From NCBI GenBank assembly GCA_001244265.2, contig CDLV01000015.1:868001-932000 (forward strand): DNA of 64,000 bases, in the 5' to 3' direction. Both the position numbers and the translations under genes were made by a program. Shown here piece by piece: positions 12,613 to 26,862 of this stretch (position 1 is its first letter; the number at the start of each line of letters is the position of its first letter). The notes beneath the pieces are model-generated. The model did no database searches, was not told the DNA's origin, and was given only the letters and a program-made list of their open reading frames with translations. Source of the stretch: Microbotryum violaceum (taxonomy: Eukaryota).

Positions 12613-12928
12613 GGGTGACGTGTTTTCGTCGTATGAGGATTGGGGTTTGATTTTTGTCACATGAGTCTCTTTGTCTTTTTGTCCTTCTGCTCTTTCTCCG
12701 CTTTGCTACGTCTCTTTTTCTCTTTTCTCTCTGCAGTCCGTAGAAGCGTTCGAAGAGTGGGCAAACCCCATCCATCGGAAAATGCATTCATCATCCTGTA
12801 GAACTGTAATTTACCCCAGGAACAAAATCCCACGCCGACCTCCTCCCACCGAAAGCCTTAAACAGGACAACGAACTCGAATCTCCGCGGCGCGCGCCTTG
12901 AGATAATCCTCCTTCCTTTTGCAACTCC

Positions 12929-14349
12929 TCAAACCTCCGTCGTTCCTCCCATTTCCCTTCCCAACTTGTAATGACCTACCTTTTCCCAATCCATTTTACA
13001 CTTATTCTTAGGTAAGGCCCTTCGTAAACCCTTGAAACCTTCTTCGGAGAAGGATTCGAACGCATCCGCCAATTGGGACGAGAAAGTCGTTTCGGAAGAT
13101 TTGAGTAAGGCGATTAAGGATTCGGGGGAAGGGTTCGAGGTAGGAAGTGGTAGGGTGGAGGTGAGTAAGGTTGATAATTGTACGTTGCCTGGTTTTCGAT
13201 AGAACAGATGAGCGGGGAGGGAAAGCTTTAGGAGGGTGCAGGTGTCTTGCAAGAGAGATGATGGAGTGAGGAGGTACGGACCTTGTTCGTAATAATGAAC
13301 GTTGATCTCGGCTTTGGCTTCGACGGATCGTTTAGCCATATCAATGGTGTACACCGATCGCCATCGACCCGTCCTGCAATTGATTAAAGTGCGAGTCGTA
13401 TCAGCTCTAGCCCGCATAGGAAGAAACTAGATGCACCGGGAACGGGGACTGACCAATAGTTGGAAGGGTTGTACTTGTTACCGACAAAGTACAGCGCAAA
13501 GATGCGGGAAGTACGAGGGTGCAATACTTTGGGCTTTGGTTCGGTGGGCTGCTCTGTAGGTTCTTCGAGCGCAGCAGCTTGTGTGGGTTCGTTGTCAACT
13601 TGAATCGGCGAGACCGGAGCCGGGTCCTCTTCTCTCGATGCCGATGCCGTGGTAGAAGACTCTACCTCGCCTTCTGTGGCTTCCTTTCCTTCAATCGTTT
13701 CCGAGCCTTCTTCCTCATCAACTTTAGCCTCTTCATCGATTTTGGTGTCATCTACGGTAGCCAACTTGGGCTCCTCGATCTCCTCCTCATTCAGCGGCGC
13801 CGGGAAATTCCCGTCCTCCAAAACGACAACCTCGGACTTGGCGTCGTGGTAATGATTCTTGACGAACTTGGCCAACAAATCGGCGACCTTGTCCCTAATC
13901 GCCTGAGTCTCGTGCTCGATTGGGAACGGTCGAGGATCGGAAGCGGTGAGTCGGAGATGGTTGACCTTATAACTCGTTTGCGATGAAGGGCACACGTAAC
14001 GTTCTTCTTCTTGATCCTTGGATGGAGAAACGATCCTTCCCCCTTCTGTGAGGAGGAACGAGGTTGAAGGATCGTTTTCGAGAGTGATGGCGACATAGTT
14101 GGTTCGGTTGTAGAGCGACAAGGTCGGAACGATCGACGCTTCCAACGCGTTATCGTCCGAGACCAATAAGCGAACATCGGAAAAGACGTCGTTCACTACG
14201 CAACAGATGCTGCAAGATCGATCAGCTCGTGTAAAGCCTCGGTAGGTGAGGATCTGTGGGTGAGAACATGGCCCGGACTGACCTTCGCCAGGTGGGGATT
14301 GCAGCAGGAACTCGGACGCGGCTTGCAGGCGGTCTTGTAGGGAGGCCAT
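12929..14349 (-). CDS. CAP1: F-actin capping protein alpha subunit
   Basis: Motifs FLLQSPPGEVNDVFSDVR, VGNKYNPSNYWTGRWRS, NVHYYEQGNVQL and FKGLRRALP..KMDWEKV..YKLG. Confidence 0.95.
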
Positions 14350-14502
14350 CGTCGGGCTGATTGAGATCCTCAGGATCGGTGGTGCTTTGAGAGCAAAATA
14401 GAGAGTTCACTTGGTCTGGATGCGGTGTGAGTGTGGGTGTGGGGCTCGAAGACGAAACCAGGACCGAGCGCGGCGGACCGGCCGTAGATGACGCGTGGCA
14501 CT

Positions 14503-14546
14503 CCTCGGCTCGGCTCGGCTCGGCTCGGCTCAGCTCGGCTCAGCTC
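14503..14546. repeat. (CTCGG)n microsatellite upstream of CAP1
   Basis: Directly visible ctcggctcggctcgg... tract. Confidence 0.9.
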
Positions 14547-16004
14547 GACCCCCGTCCCATAACGTGCGCGACGGGTGAGGCAAAATTCACTCGACCATTG
14601 CATTCCAATCTCGAAATAAAATAGGTAATACTTCGCCTTGTCCGTTTGTTTCGACATCAACGCTAGCCGAGGGGTCCCTTTTCGTATCAAGCTTTTCTTG
14701 GAGAACCCCAAGTAACCAACCCACTTTCCAGCTTGCTTTGAAGGATCAGAAGCTTTCCAAGACCTGAATAGAATACTAGTTAGTACGTGGTCAATTGATC
14801 CTGGAACGACTGCGCACATTGATTTGGACGTGAAAATCCCCCCAAAAAAAACCCCAGTGTGCATGGTGCGGCACAAGGCTGATTCGAATCAAAGGGTAGG
14901 GGCATAGATTTCCTACAGATTGAGTGACTAAGGAGTGACTAAGGAGTGAATGACACGCCGCTAGGCTCAATCCCAAGTACCATAATAGGAACGATAATCA
15001 GATGAAGGACGGAACAACCCATATGACCATATACGAATGACACTCCCCTGCATTGTCCATGAACTTGTGTAATCTCTGAATGAGGCGGGGCTAGGTAAAT
15101 ATATTCAGGTGCTCTGTTCGCGTTCCTTGTTGTTTTGCGGGAACAGAAATCCCTTCAACTTGCTCTGCTCAATGCAAGGTTGAAGGTGCGCTTGACCAGC
15201 CTGGGTGAATCGGGCACAAACAACTCAACTACTGGTCGTTACAGCACCATTACTCTTCGCTACTTCGCCACGGTATTGATCGTCGTAATGGGAAAGTTTT
15301 TGCACTACGGCATAGGAATACCTGGCATCCCTGATGCGCAGCGCCTGTTCTCGCTCGCGAAAACGAGGCCGGCCAGTCTCAGAGCCCCTAAGCGCCCACT
15401 CCCACCCGTCGAGCGCCGTTGCGCCCGCGCCCCTGCATCTTGGAGTTCACTGTGCGCAATGGCGTGCCGGTGTCTGCCCAGAGCGCTAGGGCGGCACCTG
15501 ACGGCCTTACCTAGTTACTCAAGCGCCAACATTCTGCGAGCACCAAAAGAAGATGCACCGAGGACTCGGAGTCTTCCTATTTCTTGGTAGTAACATTATC
15601 GTCAAATGGCTTCGGTTTCGGTTTCAGCTTCGGCTTCGGCTTCCGTGTGCTGGCCGTATGAGCAGAGCCCTTCATATAGGTCTGCTGTGCACATCCTCTT
15701 GCATCCTCTCAAAACTGCCTTTACGCGGCAGTATTCTCCTTGCGATTCTTCTTGAAGCCGAAGTTTTAGTGCAATATACAGAGCGTGGACAGAGTGCAAG
15801 CGTTCAGTGCGTGTACGGTGGGAAGGAGCGCACGTCCGGACCTAATTGAACATGACTAAGAAATTGGAGGCAAGAATGCGAGAGGGCGCTGAAGAACGGG
15901 ACAGGAGAAGAGTTCGGCAGGGGTCAAAATTGACCGTCGGAACCTTCCAACGGGCGCGGGTACACGTGGCAATCCATAGCGTCTGTCGTCGCTCCTATGC
16001 CGGT

Positions 16005-18775
16005 TCAGGCCCGAACCCAGGAATAGTATGCGTCGCTCATCGCTTCTACGAATGCCCCGAGCCCTCCTCGCCGATCAGCCCCTTGCGCCAGCCTTCGGAC
16101 TCGGCGTTGGATCGCTGCAACCGCCGTCTCGGTCCTTGTCCGTCGCGCATCAAGCTTGGGCAAACGTCGCGTCATGTACTCGACCAGATCTGCGAGTGCA
16201 GGAAGTCCGAGACCGATCGAAGCGAGGAGAAGATCTCGGCTCTCGTGTGCGAAATTCGGCTCTCCAGCCCACAAAGCGTGCCGGCGCAGAAAAAGAACTG
16301 TGAGATTGCGATCTCTGGCCGGATCGGGTTGGAGGAGCAACTCGGACCAAATGGCTTCTCCGGCTGGCGCAATCAGCTGTCCTAGCACAAGCAAGAACCA
16401 ATAAACCGACGACTCGAGCGCGTGCGAGAGATCATAGTTGGGCGGGTCATCACCCGGCACGAACATGTTCCACCTCAGCACATTCAGAGGGGCCGTCCAG
16501 GGCGTCATCCACAAGTCGTCATCTTCGTCAACCTTTGCGGCGGGCACCATTTCGCCGGGTCGTGCAGCCACGCCGCCGCCCCAGCCCGTCAGAACAAGGT
16601 GGCCCTCCTGGTGAAGAATGTTGCTGAGAGCCAAATTCCGATGATAGAAACCGCAACGGTGAAGAGCCACCAAGACGGTCAGAAGTTGATCGAAAACGTG
16701 GAGCACGTGCTCAAGCGGCGCGGGTGAGTCGAGAGACATGCCGGGCCCACAGGCGAGAATCCTGGGCACCGGGGTCGGGTTGCGCAAGATGAGCAGATCA
16801 AGTGTACGTCGGATCCCTTTGATACTGAGCATGGGGTCACGAGCGTACCCACGTCTATCGGTCGCTTTCCTTCTAGGCAACAGGTAGTCGTCGACCTGAG
16901 AGCGATGTTGGCGCAGAGACGCCGCGACCTCCAGCATTGCGAGATGGTTGACGGTCTCCGACGGGAGAACACCTGAGTCATGCACAAGATTGATCGATTG
17001 GAGCATCTCCGCTTCGCTTCCAACAAAGTTCGGCGTGACGTGCTGCATTTGCAGTACGAATGAGTGGCCGCCAGTTTCCCCCTCGGATTCGTGGAGGCTC
17101 GTCCGAGTCAAGCGAAAGACGGTCGTGCACGGCCCAAAAACAGAGCTGCTGTCCGAAGTCGAGCACGACACGAGCTCGATTGGCTCCTCGTCCTCGAATG
17201 CGACCGTGCGCCCTACCAGCCTTGTCGGGGTCTCTACTAGCTGTTGATCGTGATTGTCGTGTTGTGAGCTCGATTGAAACACAGCGCTGAGCAACGAGAC
17301 CGCGGTGACGCCCCCTCTGAGCGGAAACTTGTAGCGAAGGAAGGGCGCGAACCCGGCCGAGTAAACGTCCAGGTCCAAGAGAATGGACAGCGTCGCCGAA
17401 AGCTCCCCATAGCCGCTGCCCCAGCAGTCCGAAATGACCGCGATCCGACACGTCGTGGTCGAGGACGACCAAGTGCGCATCGTATTCGTTCACAGCCAAA
17501 CCGGGAGCAAATAAACGGCTCGGTCGGGGAAGAACGTGTTCGTGCAGATCGAGGATCAAATTGACGAGCTGAGGCTCACGCTTCACGTAGTCGCGGTCAC
17601 GTTCACCACGAGGTGTTGGGTTGGACAGGCCGAATGAGAACGGCACCAACACACGCTCCCACGGAACTTGACCCTTGTCAATCTTGGTCCAGTCGCAGGC
17701 CAGGAAGTGCATGCAGTGCTGTGAACTCAGGGCTTGCTCCTCAACATCCCAGTACTCTGAGCACATGCCAAAATTGTCGAATTTGACAACGGGGCGGGGG
17801 GCGCGCTCGGCTGCGGCGACCGCGAGCTTGAACTTTGGACGACCGCGCCTTCCATTCGCGGGCTCCTGAGCCTGTGGGCGCGGATTGAGCGCGTCGAGAT
17901 GGGTCAGGGCCCGACTCAGGCGGGGTGATATTTCGGCGTGATCAGTGGAAATCGACGCACCTGTCGTGCCATGCCCTGCACCCAGCTGCAAGCGCCCGTC
18001 GCCGTTACAAGCTTGTGTTCCACCTTCAGACGATCTCGGTGAAGGTCTCGCGTGGCTTTGTTCTGGCCAGGCCGGATCACTTTCGCTGATGTTTGGGCAC
18101 GCTGGGCCATACTGACAAAATGTGTTTGCTCCACCTCAAACACTTCTTGCACCAAGGCCAAAGTCGCACGAATCACGACACGCGGGATGATACCCTTTTC
18201 GAGCCCCAGTGCTCCTCCACAGCTTCGTCGTTGGGGCCGAATTGAAGAACCCCGTCCTGTAGCGCTGCGATGATCGGTGAGACTGCTGAAGAAACCGAAG
18301 ACCGTGTGGTTGATCCAAGGGGAGACGACATTGACCGTAGTATCGAGGGCCGAGACGACTTTGACGATGGCGACGACGGCCATATCGACTGGGAGGGTGA
18401 TGATGAGAGCCATGACGACTTTGACGACTGTGACGACCGTGCAAACTTCGACAGCTTTGACTTCGACGACGAGTCTGATGTTGATGACGATGTCGACGAC
18501 GGTGAGGGCGTACGCTGCTCACGGGACTGTGAGCTCAAACAGGCAGTCACCCAACATGTCGTCAGCGGTTCGTCCCCTTCGACTTAGCACACAGTATAGC
18601 GATGCAACTTGCGAGTGCGGTCTCACTTGACGTGTTCAGCGGTGGCTGAACGTTGCAGGTCGCGCATTCGGACGGTTGGGAACACGGCTCGGCACGACTC
18701 ACGTCGGGAACGTTGCGGCGCTTGCCACCCCCGAACAGGCGAGGCACTCGAGTAAGGGCGCCTTTTGAGCGCCAT
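16005..18775 (-). pseudogene. FunK1-like (fungal-type) kinase, catalytically degenerate and frameshifted
   Basis: LHRCGFYHRNLALSNIL...LVLTGWGGG has N and G where the HRD and D(F/W) aspartates should be; HALESSVYW corresponds to the HDLES motif. There is a frameshift near 17455 (VVLDH / TCRIAVISDCW). Upstream exons are joined by plausible introns. Confidence 0.7.
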
Positions 18776-21488
18776 TCGAGGGAGATCGAGGGTCGCCGAG
18801 GGCGGGAAGTCGAGAGTGATGTCGTGAAGATGTGTGTGCGACGAGTGAAACGCGCGAGGCAAGTAGATACCGGTAAGCGCAAGCGAAGAGGACGATGACC
18901 AAAATCGAAAGGGAAAGAAAGCGGTTGTGGTATCTGAGACCTGGAGAGACGGCGAGCTGTACAGGCAGTTGGACGGAACTCAATCACACGATCTCTTTCG
19001 TTCTGAACAACACAACTCCAGACGAGATCTTGACTTCCGGTATGCATAGCGACCGTCCACGATTCGGGCTACTCACTGAGAACGAACTCTCAATTCGTTT
19101 TTTCTACGAGTCGAAGGCGTGCTTGCACGCTCTGGCCATCGTCCTATACACGTGAGTGGAACCCGTCAGGACGCACGGCCATTGATAATCTGATCCCTCG
19201 TACTATGGATAAATGCAGGCGAGGCGAGCTTCCGCTGAAGGCGTACGCTCCTCTCATCGTTGCTGAAAGTGGAGCATCAAGGAAACATCACCGGCAGATT
19301 TTGCCAGTGTTCTCGATGTGATCGTCAAGGCGCCAAGTACATCATCGAACACCTGAGGTACACTACAGAGAAAAGCTACCACGAGTTTTCAATTTACGGC
19401 GGGGCAACCATCGATGAAGGCAAGATGAGCCAGCCAACCCACACAAAACTCGCAGGTCGAAAACGCCGACGATGACTTGGAGGACTTTGCCGATGAACGC
19501 GCAACGCAGTCAGTCAATCGACAGACGAGAGGGCACAATCCGTGGTGTATGAACTCCCAATAACGAGGCGAGTTTGTCGAGAAACTCCTACTCGAGTACA
19601 AGCAATATACTCGGGGCCTAAAGTATGGACCGACTGAGAACTGTCTTCGGCGATTGCATCGAGACGGGCGTCGATGTAATCGGATGCGAGGACTTCGGGA
19701 GCCAAGTCATGGCTAACGACGAAGGCGCACTTGGTTCCCTTCATCTCTTTAATGATGATTGAGTCGGCCTGCACGCGGACAAGGCAAGTATTCAGCAGCT
19801 TTATTGAATCCGGAGAATCAATTCGAGAAGTACGAAGTGTTGCCCACCTGCTCGGCGATCCAGTCATTGATTCGGCTGCTTGACTCTGCGCCATCCTCGC
19901 GTGCAAGTCGTAGAATGATATCAAGTACACGCTTGAGGCTGGACCAGTTGCTGTTGAACAGCTTCGGTCGGTGTGTTTGAACGCCTTCAAATCGTGTGGA
20001 CGGGCTAAAGTAGCACGACGGGTGTTGACATAGCGAGAGATCGCGGCTAGAAATTCAGCGAATAGATCCGCCTCGCGGCGGTTGTTCTGGCGAGTTGATG
20101 AGTGATGGCGTCTGCTTGTTCGGGTCATTCTTGGTTTCAGATATTGTTGCGTTTAATTTGGCCGACGGATCATCGTGAATAGACGAGGACAGCGAAGCGT
20201 ACGGAAAGGGATCAAGCCAGACGGAGCAGGCTCGCCGATGATGAGAGCGCCAATTACACGATGCGCTCGGACCATCTGCGGCCCGATCGACCGAAATCGC
20301 AGACTTCGGATCGCTGCAGCTCCACCCACAGCTTATGAAAGCTCTGACCACTTGGGGTATGTCATTTGTAGAGCATAAAGAAAAATAGGGTCCTTCACTT
20401 TTGCATGGATGCGCCTACTTGCCAAGTTACAGAGAACCACCCCACAATGGCCCGAAATTTCGGAGGGCAACTGAGCCAAGCGCGCAGATAACTCTGGGAG
20501 GGGCTTAGTTGAGCTTAGGCCGAGATGTGGAGTGAGAGGCCTCACTGAGGTGGCAGTGTGTGGGTGGGGGTGCGGATGCCGCCGGCACGGGCTCGTCCTC
20601 ATCGTCACTGGTCCGGCCCAATCACGTAGAAGCTGGAGCATTTCTGTCCTACATTTTTGTGGGTGGGTGGGATGAAACTTCACATTTGCTCGGTAAGACT
20701 CTCGTTGGAACGGATGAGGATGTGCACGATCCGCCGTAGGACCCGCCGAATAGGTTTGACTCTCGACACCCGAATTTCTTTCGGAGGCAACAGCAACCAC
20801 GAAGGGTGTTCAAGTTTAGGCCGAAATGCGATCAAGCAGGAAAGGGAAATTCAACGATGAAAAGTGCATGAAAGCTCTGTTTCACTTGTGAGTTCAATCG
20901 GTGCCAGAAAAGCCAGGACCAGTGCGTCGAGTAGTGCGGAAATCTGAGGATGAGTGCTGCGGCTCTGGACAGTTCGCTTTATCGAAAGTTCGATCCGCTT
21001 TGAGGAAGCCCAAGGACAGTCACGGTGCTCGCCTCGCCTCGGACGACTGAGAATGCACAGACTGGATGGATCTTGAGCTGTCACTGAATAATATCATAGA
21101 CACGGAGACGCGGACACGAGTTGACTGTTCGAGACGTTCCTCTCCGGTGCCTGCAAACCGGTACCGCTAATCGGGATTCTGGCTCGATTCGACTCCAAAT
21201 TTCTGAGAGTTAGGAGCAATCCATGGGATGGCCGGGACGATCAGAAACAAATCCAAAAAAGGGTGGTACAGATAAGTAAGTACTTGTGAAGGTCAGAATG
21301 ATCTCAGTGCAGGCGAGTTTGAGGTTCAGGGACTCGTCGCCGCCCCGCAGGCTCGCACGCCGTCCCATAAGTCGCATGTGGCTCATATGAATGCCGGCGC
21401 TAGTTCGTGAACAACTAAGTTCCGGACGCTGAAGCGCTGAAGGTTTACGGAACCAAATTCTCGGGATCGGCGTGACGTCTACAAACCC

Positions 21489-21810
21489 CACCCAGCGGTC
21501 CTCAAATCTGCCGCCGTCGGCTCCCCCGACGAAGCGCGAGGCGAGATTGTGAAAGCATTCGTGACCCTGAGGCCCGAGCGCCGAGTACGCGCATAGGGGT
21601 AAATCCGAAGGGCCGGACCGCGACGCGCTCATGCTCGAACTGCAAGACTTCTTGAAGAAGCAAACGGAGCCTTACAAGGTATCTCGGGAGATTCAATCTG
21701 TGGAGGATCTGCCCCAAAAGGTTTTGGGCAAGATTAGGAGGATCGAGCTGAGGCAGGCCGAGTACAAGAAGAAGGCCCATATCGTCCCGAAGCAGAAGGC
21801 CAAGTTGTAA
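21489..21810 (+). pseudogene. Orphan 3' fragment of an acyl-CoA synthetase (AMP-binding C-terminal domain)
   Basis: Reads [30 protein letters not shown], then a frameshift, then ELQDFLKKQTEPYKVSREIQSVEDLPQKVLGKIRRIELR...AKL*. No upstream adenylation core is visible. Confidence 0.85.
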
Positions 21811-22373
21811 AGGCCCGCAACGAGTGAGCCTCGGGCGCGGTCTCGCAATGGAGCAAGTGTGGAGTCAGACTGTCAGAAAGGAGACCCGGTCAAGGTCAAC
21901 CCAGGTAGAGGGAGGGTGTACGGGAGGGTGTACCATGCACCTGTAATCTTCTTCCTCTTCGTCGTGTGACGGTGCAGCCGGCGGGTCTCACTGGTCTGAC
22001 TCTGCAGCACTGATCTGCAGCTGGCCGATATCTGGCGTAAGGCGATGCTCAGATCGGAGGCTTAGACCATTTTCTTGCACGATAGATCGGATGTTTAACT
22101 TGAGAGAGCTCCAGGATTGTGGTCCAAGGCAGACAGGGGTCAGGAGGAATCAGCAGTCCGACGTCTGAGCGCAGCGCCACTGCGCAGCTTACTCAGCGCT
22201 GGGAACTTTCTAGGAGCTTCAGTTATCACTATGATCTTGCGCCTCAATTGCTTCCTTTGGTTCAACTTTCTTCCATGAGTTTCTGTCGCTTTGCCTGGAC
22301 TTTCTTGTGACTATAGTTAGGGCTTCTGTGTAGAAATCGCTCTTGTCTTCCTTCTGCAATCTTGATCTCGTAG

Positions 22374-22611
<238 letters not shown>

Positions 22612-23578
22612 TGATCCTCAGGTTAGGTTCATCCTTGAGCGCGGATTCTCCGGAAGAGAGTTCAACTAACTTCAACTCTTGCGTGGCCGTCGCACCGAGG
22701 ACAACAAGGATGGCGTGCAGAGCGGCAACGATCAATACCCGGCAGTAAGAAACAGCTTTTGAGCGAGGTCTGTGGCAGTCTGGGCCGACCACACAGAGAT
22801 GAGCATATTGTAGGAATGCCAGCTCGCGATCGGCGTGGACAGTGTCTTTAAACCAGCCTTCGACTCGAACCCATCTCGCCAAGCTACAGGACGGGCTCGC
22901 GACCTCGCCCATGATGGAATGTGTATGATCATACGGCGAGTCACGATAGCGTGATTTTTTCGTGTCATCCACGCCCGACTTGAGCCGTGCATCGAACGCT
23001 GACGCCGCGACCGGCTCATCTCAAACCCAGCTCTCGTTGCCATAATTCTCATCGAAGGTGAACACCGACGAATGACAAACGGCATGCCGATCCTCGCTGT
23101 TTTTCGGGCCAAGAAGCCTTCCCTTGATTTTTGCTCACGAGATGGTGTAAGTTTCACCAAGTCGATGGGGTACTTGCACGTGAGTCGTATCGCCGACTCG
23201 TGCGCTCAAGCTGACCCCGATAGCTTCGTCTTGCAGTCAAAGACGACGAGGCAGGTTTTATTGGTGTATTTTTATGGAGTGGTGCCTCAGATCTGTCAAA
23301 AGTACGCACAGTGGTGTGATTGATCAATCGACACCTGTCTCTGTTTCTGGTGATTCAAATCCTCATCCCGCGCCGCAGTTCTTCTCAAGCTTGCGTGTTT
23401 CGCTTCGAGATACGTCTAGCTTGGTTCGCCTCCTCTTGGCCGATTACGAGCACGTTTAGACTGACCCGTTATCTTCAGTGACTCGGTCGAAGAAGGTCAA
23501 GTGGCCTCACGGTCCACGGTGAGCAACATGTGCTCTACCCGAACGATCAGATGATCTAATGAGACTCAGCCCAAGACA

Positions 23579-23809
23579 CCCTTTCACTTGGACGCCTCAA
23601 CCGATCTGACCGACGCCTTTCAGCCGAGAATTATGGACTGATATTCGCTCCCAAGTATGAAAGGATCACACTGAGCCAGAGGATATGATGTTCTCGCACA
23701 AACTCCATTCTCCATGCCTGGTTTACACATAATGTCGGATATTGTCCACTCGTGTCTTTGCCTTGCTTCTTCAGGGGTCCCAACGAGCAGCGAAATTGGA
23801 TACACGATC
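23579..23809. repeat. 231-bp inverted repeat, left copy
   Basis: Reverse complement of 26863-27093, with one mismatch found by manual comparison. Confidence 0.97.
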
Positions 23810-24286
23810 GAAGGACATGCAGTAGTCTGGACCAGCTTCACATTGATGCTGACCCCAGGCGTTAACAGACTCATCGGGATCTGGTTTGGCTGCGTTGGAC
23901 ACGATGCCAAACAACTTGGACGAGACCGTAGGACGCTTACGTTCACCATCACCATTCTCTTCCTCTTCTTCCTCGTCGTCTTCATCCTCATCATGGCGGT
24001 CTTTCGGCGAAGGAAGCCTCAGCTTGGTTGAACCCACAAAGAGGAATGTTGGGGTGACAGCTATCTTCTCCGGCAGAGAAAAGTAGTGGATATCGGAGAG
24101 GCATCGCAGATGGATGGAGCGAGCTAACGATTTGGTACTTGGGCCGACCATCAGGACATCGATCACTATGCACCTGGAGAGTTTGAAGATCTTGCGGTCC
24201 TGGGCCCTCTCGGTGTGGGTCATAGCTCATTCGCCCTGATAGGGACCCCCGCCTGCTGCTGCTCATGTTGAGCTGTCACAATCCCG

Positions 24287-26834
24287 GTGTCGTTTACGCG
24301 GATACAAGCTAAAGCACACGAAACTTCAACTGAACCAACTGACAACTACACCGCCACGCTCAAATTTTGCAGCTGGTCTAGACCTTCGAGTCCTCCCGCT
24401 TTCCTTCGGCTCTTCTCTTTGTGTTCTGTCGATGGCTGGTGCGCAGTCTGGCGACAAATGCGTCACCCGGCGTCACCGTCCGCTAACTGCGCCCGAGATG
24501 TCGCACAGCATTCCAACTCACCCACGTCGACCACGTCCTCGCGGGCATCTCGCCCAACGCGTGGCTCTACGAAAGCAATTGCCGCTCCATCGACGGGCTC
24601 GCCGAAAGGGTCCTTCACAGAATCACCCTCTACTTCGCCAGCAGGATCAGCGATGAGATCGCCAACAGGATTGCCGATCACATCGCCGAAGGTCCCCCGA
24701 CCGGTGCCCTCGCCGCCTCCGGCTCGCTCGTTCACCGCTCGACTCCCAAGGGTCCTGCGCACATGGATGTTTCCTTCCAGCTCGGAAGACCTGACCGGAT
24801 TTCGAGGCTATGAATTCGAGTGGTCTCCATTGAAGGACTTTTTTCTGAGCCCAATCTCCAGTGGCGATGGTCTCGCGGCGGCCGCGGCGGATCTTGGCCA
24901 GCCGCAGAATGAGTCAGCGATGAATCAGATGGCGCCGGAGATCACGTGGCATTTAGGTGATCCGAATTTGGTGAGCATCTCTTCCAAAGCAATGTTGCTT
25001 TTACTGCTCTTCGGCGTTCTTGACCTACCAACGATCTGGATCGGACAGGAACCACTAGGAAGACTCGTGAAAACCCCTCTTGACCAAGATCGCGAGGTGT
25101 ACGACCGCAACGAGTTCCCCGCTGTCGCGACAAGCCTTCGACGCCAATCCTGAGCTCGCTTCGGCTTGGGCCCAGGATCACCTCGATGATGGACAGAACG
25201 GTGTCCTTGACTGGGAACAGGTCGCAGCGGTTGGCGTACTGGGTGGCATGAAGAAAAGCGACGACACCTCCGAATACGAATGTGTATTCCCAGCCAGGCG
25301 ATTGAAGCACCACCTGCGCATGCTCGCTGCCGAGTCACCGATCCGCTCCCACACGTTCGGCTTCACGCTCGACAGCTCGATCTTGACCCTCTACCTTCAC
25401 ACCCCATCTGGTCTGTTCTACTCGTCCGATATCGAATGCACCGAAGCGAATGGGCACCTGTCGACGTTCATCGAGCGCCTTCTCAGCTTGAATGATATTG
25501 ACCTTGGCAAGATTGCCTCGCCTGGAGGACCCGACGGCCCGCCGCTGCCGTTCCCGACGGCTGTGCTTCCACCGCAGGTGCCATCTTTTGCTCGTCACCT
25601 CGCCAAAGTACCTACGATGGGCTTAATCGAGATTGAGAAGACGGTCTTCTGCAGTGGAGAGGTCCTCGGGTTGCAGAAATCCGCTTCACGAGTCCGAGCG
25701 ATCCGGGACGGACCAGGTGACAATCGCGAATACGCAATGACGGTGTCATTTGTGGAAGAAGCGCGCTGCAACGAACACGATCAGATCCGGCAGATGATTG
25801 CCTCGGCATCACCCCACGAGCGGGAAGGTCTCACCAACTTTGTGGATGTGCATCGACAACACTTCTCCCTTGTGCCCCACTTCCTCAAAGGCGATCTAGA
25901 CGCCGAGAAATGTGCCGAAATATGCGGGCTCAAGCCAAGGGCGATGGAGGTCACTTTTCAGGAGCACTGCTTTGAGCCCATCTGGGCCGTCGACTCGATT
26001 GAAGCGCTGACACGAGCAGTGCTGGGAGCGGTCAAAGGTTCGTTGCGATCCCGCCTGGGTCAAGGTTATCCCACTCCTGGCGAAACTGAATGAATAAATT
26101 CCTCGGTGCAGGTCTGCGCAGTCTTTACCGAATGCGGATCTTGCATCGCGATGTCTCACCCGGCAATATCATGATCGGACCCGACGGTGAGGGTGTATTG
26201 ATTGACTACGACCTCGCCATACTCATGGACGGCCCTTTTGGAGAAGCTGCGCGTATGGAACGAGTTGTGAGGCTTCTCCTCGACTCCGCCATGCTTCGGT
26301 GCAAGTCCGCTGAACTAGAGCCCTCTTTTCACTCCTCCACAGGGCACATTTGCTTTCCGCGCAAGGTATCTCCTCAAAGAGAGTAGTCGTACACCCCTTC
26401 AGCCTTGGCACCAAATCGAGTCGCTCGTCTATGTCATTCTTGTCGTCGTTTTCAATCGGCCCAATGGGGGCGGCGACTTGAGTGGAATGACCGAAGATGC
26501 CAAGCACGTTTGGGAGCTCTGGAATATGGATGTGTGGGCCTTTCACTCTAAAGCGGGGCTCGGACGAGCCCCGGCGCATCGACAGGAACTTCTGAAACCT
26601 TATTTGGAACACTGGGAGGATCTACCCGAACTTGTCGCGATAATTGCTAACCACTGTGGCCTCGATTTAACCGCTTTCACACACGGCGAAGCGAACGAGA
26701 CGTCATACCTTGAGGCAGGCTGGGGCTCGGGTGAGCTTTCTCATGACCAGCTTGTTGCGGACTTGGAGAACTTCCGGGTGAAGATTGTACAGAAGAAACA
26801 GGAAAAGTGTTTGAATCCGTTTGTCAGTATGTAA
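24287..26834 (+). CDS. FunK1-like fungal protein kinase (possible frameshift near 25080-25150; start uncertain)
   Basis: Motifs ILHRDVSPGNIMIGPDGEGVLIDYDLA, TGTFAFRAR and WHQIESLVYV. The N-terminal IRSHTFGFTLDSSILTLYLHTPSGLFYS resembles the FunK1 N-terminal region. Introns lie at ~26038-26111 and ~26266-26342. Confidence 0.8.
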
Positions 26835-26862
26835 AATTTTCAGCTTTGCATGCCATTCACCT

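Noticed and set aside
13510..13800. Acidic insertion in capping protein alpha
   Set aside because: Low-complexity loop with no sign of an intein or separate domain.
14860..15243. Possible solo LTR (TATA-like site, ends GTTACA)
   Set aside because: No matching 5' terminus or TSD could be identified.
15460..15516. Possible Helitron 3' end (GC hairpin then CTAGT)
   Set aside because: Weak motif with no 5' end or Rep/helicase evidence.
18895..20800. Short ORFs, including 19514-20128
   Set aside because: No recognisable domain; probably decayed sequence.
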